Of a DNA stretch of 63,288 bases, positions 42,128 through 49,904 are shown in pieces. This DNA comes from Patescibacteria group bacterium (lineage in GTDB: Bacteria > Patescibacteriota > Patescibacteriia > 2-02-FULL-49-11), in assembly GCA_040757655.1 (NCBI GenBank), contig JBFLWV010000058.1, forward strand, positions 1 through 63,288, read 5' to 3'. The translations under genes and the position numbers were made by a program. The notes under the pieces are model-generated. The model saw only the letters and a list, made by a program, of their open reading frames with translations. It was not told the origin of the DNA and ran no database searches. Every line of letters starts with the position of its first letter. Within the stretch, counting starts at the first letter, position 1.

Positions 42128-42445
42128 ATGCCTACCATAAAGACCATTTCTTCTCTTGAACTTCGTAAACGGTTTGGTGAATTAACCGATGAGGTGTTGT
42201 ACTCCAATGTGTGGCTTAAAGTGACAAAGAACAGGAAGAAAGCGTTTCTCATGAAACCTTGGGAAGAGGGGGCGCATTATTTACACAAGAGCATTTCGTC
42301 CGAAATAGAAGCAGCGAAGAAACGCAACATGGAGGAGTTTCTTAAAAAGCTTGATCGGTTGCGAAAGCAGGCTGCAAAAAAAAGTAAACTTATTAATGGC
42401 ATGAGCTGGTCTGAGTTTATCCAGTATGACCGACATCACCACTAA
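42128..42445 (+). CDS. Phd/YefM-like antitoxin
   Basis: MPTIKTISSLELRKRFGELTDEV...KKAFLMKPWEE. Overlaps the downstream PIN gene. ATG at 42128 chosen; the upstream part of ORF 41909..42445 is hairpin-rich non-coding DNA. Confidence 0.55.
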   Translation: MPTIKTISSLELRKRFGELTDEVLYSNVWLKVTKNRKKAFLMKPWEEGAHYLHKSISSEIEAAKKRNMEEFLKKLDRLRKQAAKKSKLINGMSWSEFIQYDRHHH

Positions 42446-42872
42446 ACCTCCACATCTTTGTCTCGTGGTTGATGCTTCAGTAGGGGTTAAGTGGTTGAAC
42501 GAGAAATCCGAGCAAGGAGTTGAAGTAGCACGTACCATTGCCGCACGCGCCAAGGGAGACGAAATTGTCCTTATCGTCCCTGATATTTTTCTGTATGAGA
42601 TAGGAAATGTATTGGTGAATGATAGGGGGTTGACCAACAATGATATTGAAGAACGGCTTGACTTTTTATCTGAATTTGCTCTTCAGATAGTACACATTGA
42701 TCAGTCTCTCCTTATCGCGATTACGCGATTGGCAAGAGCGCATCAAGTGACGTTCTATGATGCGGCGTATCTCGCCATTGCCGAGATGTATCGTGCTGAT
42801 CTTGTTACGGAAGATAAGGATCTTTTGCATACAGGCCTTCCCTATGTAAAGTCACTTATGCGATATCCATAA
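42426..42872 (+). CDS. vapC: PIN-domain toxin
   Basis: LVVDASVGVKW...PDIFLYEIGNVL...TFYDAAYLAIA...LVTEDKDL carries the acidic PIN residues. Confidence 0.8.
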   Translation: MTDITTKPPHLCLVVDASVGVKWLNEKSEQGVEVARTIAARAKGDEIVLIVPDIFLYEIGNVLVNDRGLTNNDIEERLDFLSEFALQIVHIDQSLLIAITRLARAHQVTFYDAAYLAIAEMYRADLVTEDKDLLHTGLPYVKSLMRYP

Positions 42873-42896
42873 AATAAAAAGAAAGGATCGTGTATT

Positions 42897-42918
42897 TGGC
42901 TCATTTGAGCCATTTTTT
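42897..42918 (+). terminator. terminator after vapC, copy 2 of the duplicated sequence
   Basis: TGGCTCATTTGAGCCATTTTTTGTT (6-bp stem, T6). Confidence 0.6.
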
Positions 42919-42965
42919 GTTGTTAACTGTTGAATCCTAGGTTAACAAGTGGTATCATTTTTTAT

Positions 42966-43232
42966 ATGCGTACTACTCATAATGATAATTTTATTTCAAC
43001 CTCTGAATTGGCCAAACTTTTGGGCTTGAGCCGTGTGGCAGTGTTTAAGAAGATAAAAAAAGGAGAAATACCCGCGGAGAAAAAGGGACGAAATTTTATA
43101 ATCAAGAAAACAGATCTCCCCGAATTTTTTGGCAGAGGGTTAAGTGAACGGCAAAAAAGTGAGGTGGAGAAGGCGGTTGAAAAGATAGTGAAGGAGTATG
43201 GCGAAACGCTTCGGTTATTGGGACAGGAATAA
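42966..43232 (+). CDS. excisionase/MerR-type HTH protein (putative antitoxin of Doc)
   Basis: ISTSELAKLLGLSRVAVFKKIKKGEIPAEKKGRNFIIKK is the HTH_17 pattern. Lies immediately upstream of doc. Confidence 0.6.
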   Translation: MRTTHNDNFISTSELAKLLGLSRVAVFKKIKKGEIPAEKKGRNFIIKKTDLPEFFGRGLSERQKSEVEKAVEKIVKEYGETLRLLGQE

Positions 43233-43236
43233 AGTT

Positions 43237-43659
43237 ATGAAAGGTATATCTTTGGTCGAGGTGGAATACATAGCACACCGCCTGGCACAACAATTTCTTA
43301 AATGGAATGAGCCGATTCCCGAGTTTGGTTCACGTTTTCCGCATGTCCTCGAGTCGTGTCTTGCCATGCCATTCCAGACCTTCGCGCAGCGCAAGCTCTA
43401 TCATGGATTAATCGGTAAGGCAGCCGTTCTTTTTTATCTGCTCATCAAAAATCACCCTTTCCAAAATGGCAATAAACGCGTTGCCATGACGACCCTTCTC
43501 TATTTCCTTTATAAAAATAACAAATGGCTGCGTGTGGATGAGAGGGAAGTCTATCTATTTGCAAAATGGGTTGCGGAGAGTAATGCCAAGGTAAAGGATG
43601 AGACAATACGGGCGATTGAAAAGCTTCTTACTACCTACATCGTTTCTCTTAATCCTTGA
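43237..43659 (+). CDS. doc: Fic/Doc family toxin (death-on-curing type)
   Basis: HPFQNGNKRVAMT matches the Doc variant of the Fic motif HxFx(D/N)GNKR. Confidence 0.75.
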   Translation: MKGISLVEVEYIAHRLAQQFLKWNEPIPEFGSRFPHVLESCLAMPFQTFAQRKLYHGLIGKAAVLFYLLIKNHPFQNGNKRVAMTTLLYFLYKNNKWLRVDEREVYLFAKWVAESNAKVKDETIRAIEKLLTTYIVSLNP

Positions 43660-43666
43660 TTGAGGT

Positions 43667-44302
43667 ATGTACGCCACCACGCCCGCGATTATCCTCTCAA
43701 GCGCGCCCTATCGCGAGTGGGGGAGATCGTTTTTCCTCCTTACCGCGCAGAAAGGGCTGATACATGCCCATGCGATTGGGGTCGCACGGATGCGGTCGAA
43801 GTTGGGCCCAAAACTCACGCCCTACCACCTTCTCTCCCTTACCCTTGTGAGCAGGTTCACGGATCGCATTATTGGCGTGGACGTTATCGAGACTTTCTCA
43901 AACCTTTGGCGCGATGCGCGCCGGCAGGGATATGCCGCATGGGGTCTGGCTGCCATACAAGGCAGTTTAAAACCAGGATTAGCAGATGTGCGGATTTTTG
44001 ATCTTTGTCTTGAATATTTGCGTACCCTCAATACCCTTTCCGTGTTTGACAAAACATTTCCCTCCTTGCGCCTTGCATTTGTGGTAAAGCTTCTTCATTT
44101 CTTGGGGTATCGCCTCAAGGAAGGTGAGAACGCACCACTGCGGTCAGGAGTGATTCCCTTTCTCGGAGATGGCTCATTGCGAGAGGTTGCGGGTGCGATG
44201 AGCCCGGTACAAAAGATTGTTCACGAACGATCAGAGGAGATGGTGAGAGAAATTATGGGAGAACGTATGGTTCCGCTTGCACGTTATCTCACGGCCCTAT
44301 GA
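43667..44302 (+). CDS. recO: DNA repair protein RecO
   Basis: N-terminal OB pattern (AIILSSAPYREWGRSFFLLTAQKGLIHAHA), size and layout are RecO-like. GAGG lies 5 nt upstream of the ATG. Confidence 0.65.
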   Translation: MYATTPAIILSSAPYREWGRSFFLLTAQKGLIHAHAIGVARMRSKLGPKLTPYHLLSLTLVSRFTDRIIGVDVIETFSNLWRDARRQGYAAWGLAAIQGSLKPGLADVRIFDLCLEYLRTLNTLSVFDKTFPSLRLAFVVKLLHFLGYRLKEGENAPLRSGVIPFLGDGSLREVAGAMSPVQKIVHERSEEMVREIMGERMVPLARYLTAL

Positions 44303-46197
44303 AAGACGGAATGACTCGGAGAGAATTCTTACGCACGGCAGCTCTTGCCGGTGTGGGGGTGCTGGCGAAGCCTGAGGTAGGGGGAGGAAGAGACAGAAGA
44401 GAAGAGTCTATGGTGGAAGAAGAGAAAGCGCGTGAAGAGTATCGGAGAAGGATTCTTGAGCACGTGAGGGAATTTTTTGGCGATACCTATCTGCAAGAGC
44501 ATCCTTATTTATTTTCTTTGTTTGTCATGAGTGGGGGGCGGGAGGTGGTTGAGGATGCGCGCAGAGAAGCGTACGGGAAGGAAAAATTTACAGAGACGGT
44601 GAACGAAGCGGCAGTATTGTTTATTCAGACGGACGTGCGGGGAAAGGGTGTCACAGGCAAGATGAGCACTGACGCGCGGGAACCTTTGACCGATGCAGAA
44701 ATTGCCGCATGGAAGCAAAGACTCAAGGAAGAACTCACCTTTTCGGTGGTATATGGGCCAGATGCTGATCAGAGAGAGGCGCGATGGGTGAAGTATAAGA
44801 AAGCAGAAATACCCATTCTCCAAGCACTCGCTCTGTCGCAGGATCGCAAGGTACGTGGTAATTTAGTAAAAGCGGTAAAGGCGCTTCTTGATTATAATCA
44901 GACTGCATGGGCTGACTGGGGCGCGCGCGGGGGATTGCCGCATATCTACCGTGATAAGAAGTGGTATCCCATGTATCCTATGGACAGCGCGGGGGCGTTG
45001 CTCAACTATACGCGCGCTCTCCATGCCGTGTGGAGGGAATTAGAGACTCCAGAGAGAGAGCGATATCTTGAGTCCATACAACGCGGCATTGCTGCGTTTA
45101 AGAACATAGCAGGAGAATTCGAAGGAATCCTACCCCGCTATATTGGTTTAAGGGCGGGCGAGCCGCTCTCACCGCAGTCAGCGCCAGATGACGACACGGC
45201 GCCACCCACAGCCATGTTGTCATATCTGAGTACGTTGTTACGAGACATGGGTGCGTATGCGCTTGCTGAGGAAACATTACAGTTTGTCCGCGCTCTTATG
45301 GCAAGGACCGATGAAATTTTCTATCACGAAGTATCCTTTCCTGTGGAAGGTCAAGAGGTACGTTTTGGTCAGAGTTTGGGACATTGCGATGTGAGCAAAG
45401 CGCGGGAAGCAGCGGAGAAAGAAAAGAGGCCATTCACCGATACGGCGCGGCACATGGCAGAACCCAACATCCCAGCAGACGGTACCCGTCTTGCAGAAGC
45501 AAGGATCGGACTTGTGGAGGCGATGCTGCAAAAGACGCAAAGAGGCAAAGAAGAGACCCTTTCATGTCGCACGCATATCCTGCGCGCCATGGCAGAGTTA
45601 AGGACGTATATGAGGATTGCGAGGAGAATTCCTTTGTTTATTGTGAGTGAAGAGACAGGAGAATTTGTGGCGCCAGATGAGGTGCGGGAGCGCTTCTTCA
45701 GTGGACGAGTGATAGGTACCAATGCATGGGGGAAGGTGGAGGATCTCGCGATTCAGAGAGGGCTCGCGCGCTATCTTGCGCCGAACGAGAATGAAGGCAC
45801 TCATCGCGAGTGGCCGCGAGCATTTGCCGCATGTTTTGATTTTTTTTATAATCAGAAGCTTCGATCGCGCCTTCAAGAGGTGGTGGGAAAAGAAGAGTAC
45901 GGGGTGCTCAAAGACGCCATGAGCGCGTTTGCAGAAGAAGCACGCGAGTTTCTCGTCGCGCTTTTTGAGGGAAGCAGAGGAGCGTACAGAGAGCGGGAGA
46001 AATGGTATAATGAATTAGTCGTACAGAAGGGCGAATCAGAAGCGACCAAACAAGCACGTAATCAGCACATCGAGCCTCCCCAGCCAAATCAGATGAGAGG
46101 GCTGATGGAGAATTTTATCTTAACCACCATGCCTGCCGGTGCGAAGTGGGGAAGTCGAGGTGAGGAGGATGGCTTGTTACCCGTGGTAGGGAAGTAA
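44299..46197 (+). CDS. hypothetical protein with twin-arginine (Tat) signal peptide
   Basis: MTRREFLRTAALAGVGVLA is a canonical S/T-R-R-x-F-L-K Tat motif. The remaining ~600 aa are helical and Glu/Arg-rich with no motif I recognise. The start overlaps the recO stop (ATGA). Confidence 0.6.
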   Translation: MKDGMTRREFLRTAALAGVGVLAKPEVGGGRDRREESMVEEEKAREEYRRRILEHVREFFGDTYLQEHPYLFSLFVMSGGREVVEDARREAYGKEKFTETVNEAAVLFIQTDVRGKGVTGKMSTDAREPLTDAEIAAWKQRLKEELTFSVVYGPDADQREARWVKYKKAEIPILQALALSQDRKVRGNLVKAVKALLDYNQTAWADWGARGGLPHIYRDKKWYPMYPMDSAGALLNYTRALHAVWRELETPERERYLESIQRGIAAFKNIAGEFEGILPRYIGLRAGEPLSPQSAPDDDTAPPTAMLSYLSTLLRDMGAYALAEETLQFVRALMARTDEIFYHEVSFPVEGQEVRFGQSLGHCDVSKAREAAEKEKRPFTDTARHMAEPNIPADGTRLAEARIGLVEAMLQKTQRGKEETLSCRTHILRAMAELRTYMRIARRIPLFIVSEETGEFVAPDEVRERFFSGRVIGTNAWGKVEDLAIQRGLARYLAPNENEGTHREWPRAFAACFDFFYNQKLRSRLQEVVGKEEYGVLKDAMSAFAEEAREFLVALFEGSRGAYREREKWYNELVVQKGESEATKQARNQHIEPPQPNQMRGLMENFILTTMPAGAKWGSRGEEDGLLPVVGK

Positions 46198-46199
46198 GT

Positions 46200-46574
46200 A
46201 TGAGACAGATACCTCTTCCGTTTCAAGTGATGAAATTAGTAATCATCGATACGGTCCTTGATATCATCATGTGGCCGGTGTGGTGGTTTACGCAAGGGTT
46301 ATGGACCACCTTGCGATGGGTGGGGCGCGGGATCGCGAATGAGTGGTTTGATTTTGGGCTTGGGCCGTGGTTGAAGAGCATGTTCACGCCCATGTATGCA
46401 GATTACTCGCTTGCCGGCCGCGCCATCAGTTTCGTCGCACGCGTTATCATCCTTGCATTCCGTCTCCTCCAATTTTCACTGTGGGTGGTGTTTTATGTGG
46501 TGGGCGTAGCGCTTTACCTCGGGCTTCCTGGTGCGGCCGTATATCTATTAGTTACCTTTTATCATACATCTTAA
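46200..46574 (+). CDS. hypothetical polytopic membrane protein
   Basis: 124 aa with 3-4 hydrophobic segments. Starts 2 nt after the upstream stop. Confidence 0.5.
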   Translation: MRQIPLPFQVMKLVIIDTVLDIIMWPVWWFTQGLWTTLRWVGRGIANEWFDFGLGPWLKSMFTPMYADYSLAGRAISFVARVIILAFRLLQFSLWVVFYVVGVALYLGLPGAAVYLLVTFYHTS

Positions 46575-46683
46575 CTCAAAACGCAAAACTCAAATCTCAA
46601 AACCACAACGCAAAATTAAAAACTATACGGCTTTGGGATTTGAGATATGGATTTGAGTTTTGAGATTTGACCTTTGAGTTTTT
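46575..46683. repeat. CTCAAAA/CCCGATAGC-family element, copy 3 (inverted, diverged centre)
   Basis: CTCAAAACGCAAAACTCAAATCTCAAAACCACAACGCAAAAT...CGGCTTTGGGATTTGAGAT...TTTGAGTTTTGAGATTTGA. Confidence 0.7.
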
Positions 46684-46686
46684 ACT

Positions 46687-49440
46687 GTGTCTCCACCACC
46701 ATCACAAGAGAATAATCTGAATCCTCACCCTTGTGCCCACGACGGCAAGGCGCCATTTCGCTGTTCTTTATGCTACGGCACCGGCGTCGTATGGGAGTAT
46801 GAGGGAAAGGTCTTTTGCTGGGCGAGACCAATTTCAACCCTGCGCATTATGGCGGATGAAGTGGGCAGATCAGTGCACCTTGGCATTGGGGGTGGAATGT
46901 TTTGTATGGCTGCGCTCGCGGTGGTATCGCTTGGATACCTCGTGGTGCGCGCACAAGATGACTATGCGGTGGTGGTGCAGCATCTCCGGTACGGGAGTGA
47001 GGTGGCGGCGGTAGGAGTGTGGATCGGTCTCCTTGCCGCGTCCTATCTCTTCTACCGCTTTGTGAGCGAGCAACAAAAAGGGACAAATATAAGGAAAGCA
47101 GTAACGAAATCAGTCATGAAGGGTCGTTGGTCTACCCCGTTCCTGCGTACACTCATGGGGTTTGGGCGCAGTGAACGAGGGACCGATATTGCACCTTTTT
47201 TCACTGAAGCAGCACAGCGCATCATTGAACACGCATATGAATTTGCGAAGCGTCTGCAAGCGAAGGAACTTTCGTCCCTCCATATCCTCGCCAGCGCGGT
47301 GAGCGATCCGAGTATCGGCTTGATGTTTTCACGTCTCTCAGTTGACGGGACGTTGTTTGCAGAAAAGGTAAAGCGCCTTCTCTCGCGGAAGGCATTTGGC
47401 GAAGGCGCACCGCGGGTGAATCAAGAATGTTATCTGTTGTTTTTGCGCGCATTTCAAGGCGCGTTTTTGCGAGCGCACGCGCGCGTGAAGTCTACTGATC
47501 TCCTCATAGCGTTGAGCAGCCCCTTGTGCGTTGATCCTTTTGCGATATTTACCGACCTTGAGATTACTGAACGCGCGGTAGGGCACGTCGCAGAATGGAT
47601 TGAGCTCCATAGAGAGCTCGTGCGGAGAAGTCGCCACTTTGCGCGGAGGGCAGCGTATAAGCCAAAAGGTGCCATGAACCGAACGTATACGTCGGTGGCA
47701 ACACCTCTCCTGGATCGGTGCTCGCGAGACCTTACTATGTATGCACGCGCAGGTGCACTTCCCCTTGTAGTGGGACGTGAGCGAGAGGTGGGTGAACTTT
47801 TCCGAGTCTTCTCGGCAGGGGAGCAGGGAGTGTTGCTCGTGGGTGAAGAAGGCGCAGGTAAATCGTCCATTATTGGGCATATTGCAGATGCCATGGCATC
47901 TGAAGAAGTGCCGCATATCTTGGGGGATAAGCGTCTCATAGAACTCTCCGTCCCCGCGCTCGTGGCAGGGGGGGGTACGTTGGGCGGCATGGAGGATACT
48001 CTCCTTAGAATGTCAAGGGAGATACGGAAAGCTGGTAATATTATTTTAGTGGTTGAGAATGTCCACGCGCTCGTAGGGACGCGTTCCACGGGAGGCGCGG
48101 CATTTGACATCGCGGGGATTGTGGCGGAGCTTTTAGAGCATAAACAGATTTTTCTTATTGCCACAACCACACCCCAGGAGGCACGGGAATTTATTGAAAA
48201 TTCTCCTCTCGGGCGGCTGCTTGCGCGGGTGGATGTGGGGGAAACAGACCGCGAGCAGACCATCAGGGTGCTTGAATCAAAAGCCCCGTACCTTGAGGGA
48301 AGGTTAAAGGTTTATTATTCTTATCCTGCGCTCGAAAAAATAGTTGACCTATCCCTGCGTTACCTCACGGAAGGGCACCTTCCTGATAAGGCAATACGCC
48401 TGATGGAGGAAGCAGGAGAAGCCGTGCGAGAAGAGCGCAAAGAATGGGCGGTGGTGCATCCGGAGGACGTCGCAGCAGTAGTATCAGAGAAAACGCGCAT
48501 ACCCTTAACCTCAATTTCAGAAGATGAGAGTTCAATGCTGCTTTCGCTCGAGGTGAGGCTTCACGAGCGCATTATTGATCAAGAGGAAGCGGTGAATTTG
48601 GTGGCGAATGCAATTCGTCGCGGCAGGACTGAACTTAGAGACCAAAAGCGCCCGATTGCCTCATTCCTCTTTCTGGGCCCCACTGGCGTGGGAAAAACAG
48701 AAGTGGCGCGCGCAGTTGCCGAATTGTATTATGGCAAGGAGAGCGCTATGGTGCGGCTTGATATGTCGGAGTATCAAGGAGCTGACGCGTTGGATAAGTT
48801 ACTGGGAAGCGTCGCAGCAGGTGCGTTTGGATATCTGACAGAAGCGATCCGTAGACAACCATTTTCACTGGTGGTGCTGGATGAGTTTGAAAAAGCCTCC
48901 AGCGACGTGCTCAATCTTTTCCTGCAGGTGTTGGAAGACGGGCGATTGACGGATGCGCATGGCAGGACCGTGAATTTCACCAACGCCATCATCATTGGCA
49001 CATCAAACGCGGGCGCAGAGCTTATTCTTTCGATGCTGCGTGCAGGAGATACGATTGAGAAGATACGAACCGAGCTTATCCAAAATGAACTTCCGAAGCG
49101 GTTTAAGCCCGAGCTTCTCAATCGTTTTGACGGGGTGGTGGTGTTTAAGCCATTGTCAGTGGAGCACGTGCAGGCCATTACCCGCCTGATGCTGTCACGC
49201 GTAGAGCGTGGTCTGAATGAGAAGGGGATTGGATTAAAGGTTGAGGAAGTTGCAGTAATGGACCTTGCGCGCGAGGGGTTTGACCTCGCTTACGGCGCAC
49301 GGCCCTTGCGGCGCCTTATTCAGGAACGGGTGGAAGACCCTATTGCGCAGTTTCTGCTCGCGGGGCAGCTCGCGCGGCGCGATGTGGTGATTCTCGAATA
49401 TGGCGGCCGTCCGCGCGTGGAGAAAGCTCCACCACTATAG
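46687..49440 (+). CDS. membrane-anchored Clp/Hsp100-family AAA+ ATPase with N-terminal CxxCxGxG zinc finger
   Basis: CSLCYGTGVV, two TM segments, a Clp_N-like repeat, D1 with GEEGAGKSS but Walker B ILVVENVH, and D2 with GPTGVGKTE and VVLDEFEKA. GTG start. Confidence 0.85.
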   Translation: MSPPPSQENNLNPHPCAHDGKAPFRCSLCYGTGVVWEYEGKVFCWARPISTLRIMADEVGRSVHLGIGGGMFCMAALAVVSLGYLVVRAQDDYAVVVQHLRYGSEVAAVGVWIGLLAASYLFYRFVSEQQKGTNIRKAVTKSVMKGRWSTPFLRTLMGFGRSERGTDIAPFFTEAAQRIIEHAYEFAKRLQAKELSSLHILASAVSDPSIGLMFSRLSVDGTLFAEKVKRLLSRKAFGEGAPRVNQECYLLFLRAFQGAFLRAHARVKSTDLLIALSSPLCVDPFAIFTDLEITERAVGHVAEWIELHRELVRRSRHFARRAAYKPKGAMNRTYTSVATPLLDRCSRDLTMYARAGALPLVVGREREVGELFRVFSAGEQGVLLVGEEGAGKSSIIGHIADAMASEEVPHILGDKRLIELSVPALVAGGGTLGGMEDTLLRMSREIRKAGNIILVVENVHALVGTRSTGGAAFDIAGIVAELLEHKQIFLIATTTPQEAREFIENSPLGRLLARVDVGETDREQTIRVLESKAPYLEGRLKVYYSYPALEKIVDLSLRYLTEGHLPDKAIRLMEEAGEAVREERKEWAVVHPEDVAAVVSEKTRIPLTSISEDESSMLLSLEVRLHERIIDQEEAVNLVANAIRRGRTELRDQKRPIASFLFLGPTGVGKTEVARAVAELYYGKESAMVRLDMSEYQGADALDKLLGSVAAGAFGYLTEAIRRQPFSLVVLDEFEKASSDVLNLFLQVLEDGRLTDAHGRTVNFTNAIIIGTSNAGAELILSMLRAGDTIEKIRTELIQNELPKRFKPELLNRFDGVVVFKPLSVEHVQAITRLMLSRVERGLNEKGIGLKVEEVAVMDLAREGFDLAYGARPLRRLIQERVEDPIAQFLLAGQLARRDVVILEYGGRPRVEKAPPL

Positions 49441-49556
49441 CAATAAGGTACCGTAGATATAAACGCGGATTAACGCAGATAACCGACCGCACCTTGTTGT
49501 GAAGAAGTTTAGGGTTGTGTGCGTATGCGGTCGGACGCTGATTTACGCAGAAATAT

Positions 49557-49823
49557 ATGGATACTGTCGAGAATTTAGAAAAGAGAATCGCGGCGATTGA
49601 GGAGCGCAACAGAAGGGTAGAGGCAGAGAAAGCTTGGGAAACAAGTGTCATACGTACGCTTTCAATATCTGCTGCAACGTATGTTATTGCGGGCATCTTC
49701 ATGCAGTCGGTGCATCTTTCGTATCCGTGGCTCAACGCCTTCGTGCCTACCATCGGCTATTACCTCTCCACCCGTTCTTTGCCGTTTGTGAAAAAATGGT
49801 GGATGAAGAGGCGCATCGGATAG
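49557..49823 (+). CDS. hypothetical small membrane protein
   Basis: 88 aa with an N-terminal coiled-coil-like segment and two TM segments. Followed by a terminator at 49842-49867. Confidence 0.45.
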   Translation: MDTVENLEKRIAAIEERNRRVEAEKAWETSVIRTLSISAATYVIAGIFMQSVHLSYPWLNAFVPTIGYYLSTRSLPFVKKWWMKRRIG

Positions 49824-49841
49824 CGTCATAAGAAACATATC

Positions 49842-49867
49842 CGGGAGATTTTTTCTCCCGTTTTTTA
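49842..49867 (+). terminator. intrinsic terminator
   Basis: CGGGAG-atttttt-CTCCCG followed by TTTTTTATTT. Confidence 0.75.
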
Positions 49868-49889
49868 TTTATGTGTCAAGAGAAAAGGG

Positions 49890-49898
49890 TGTTATAAT
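49890..49898 (+). promoter_or_regulatory. extended -10 promoter element
   Basis: TGTTATAAT. ATG 49905 lies 6 nt downstream of the -10. Confidence 0.5.
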
Positions 49899-49904
49899 AC
49901 ATAA

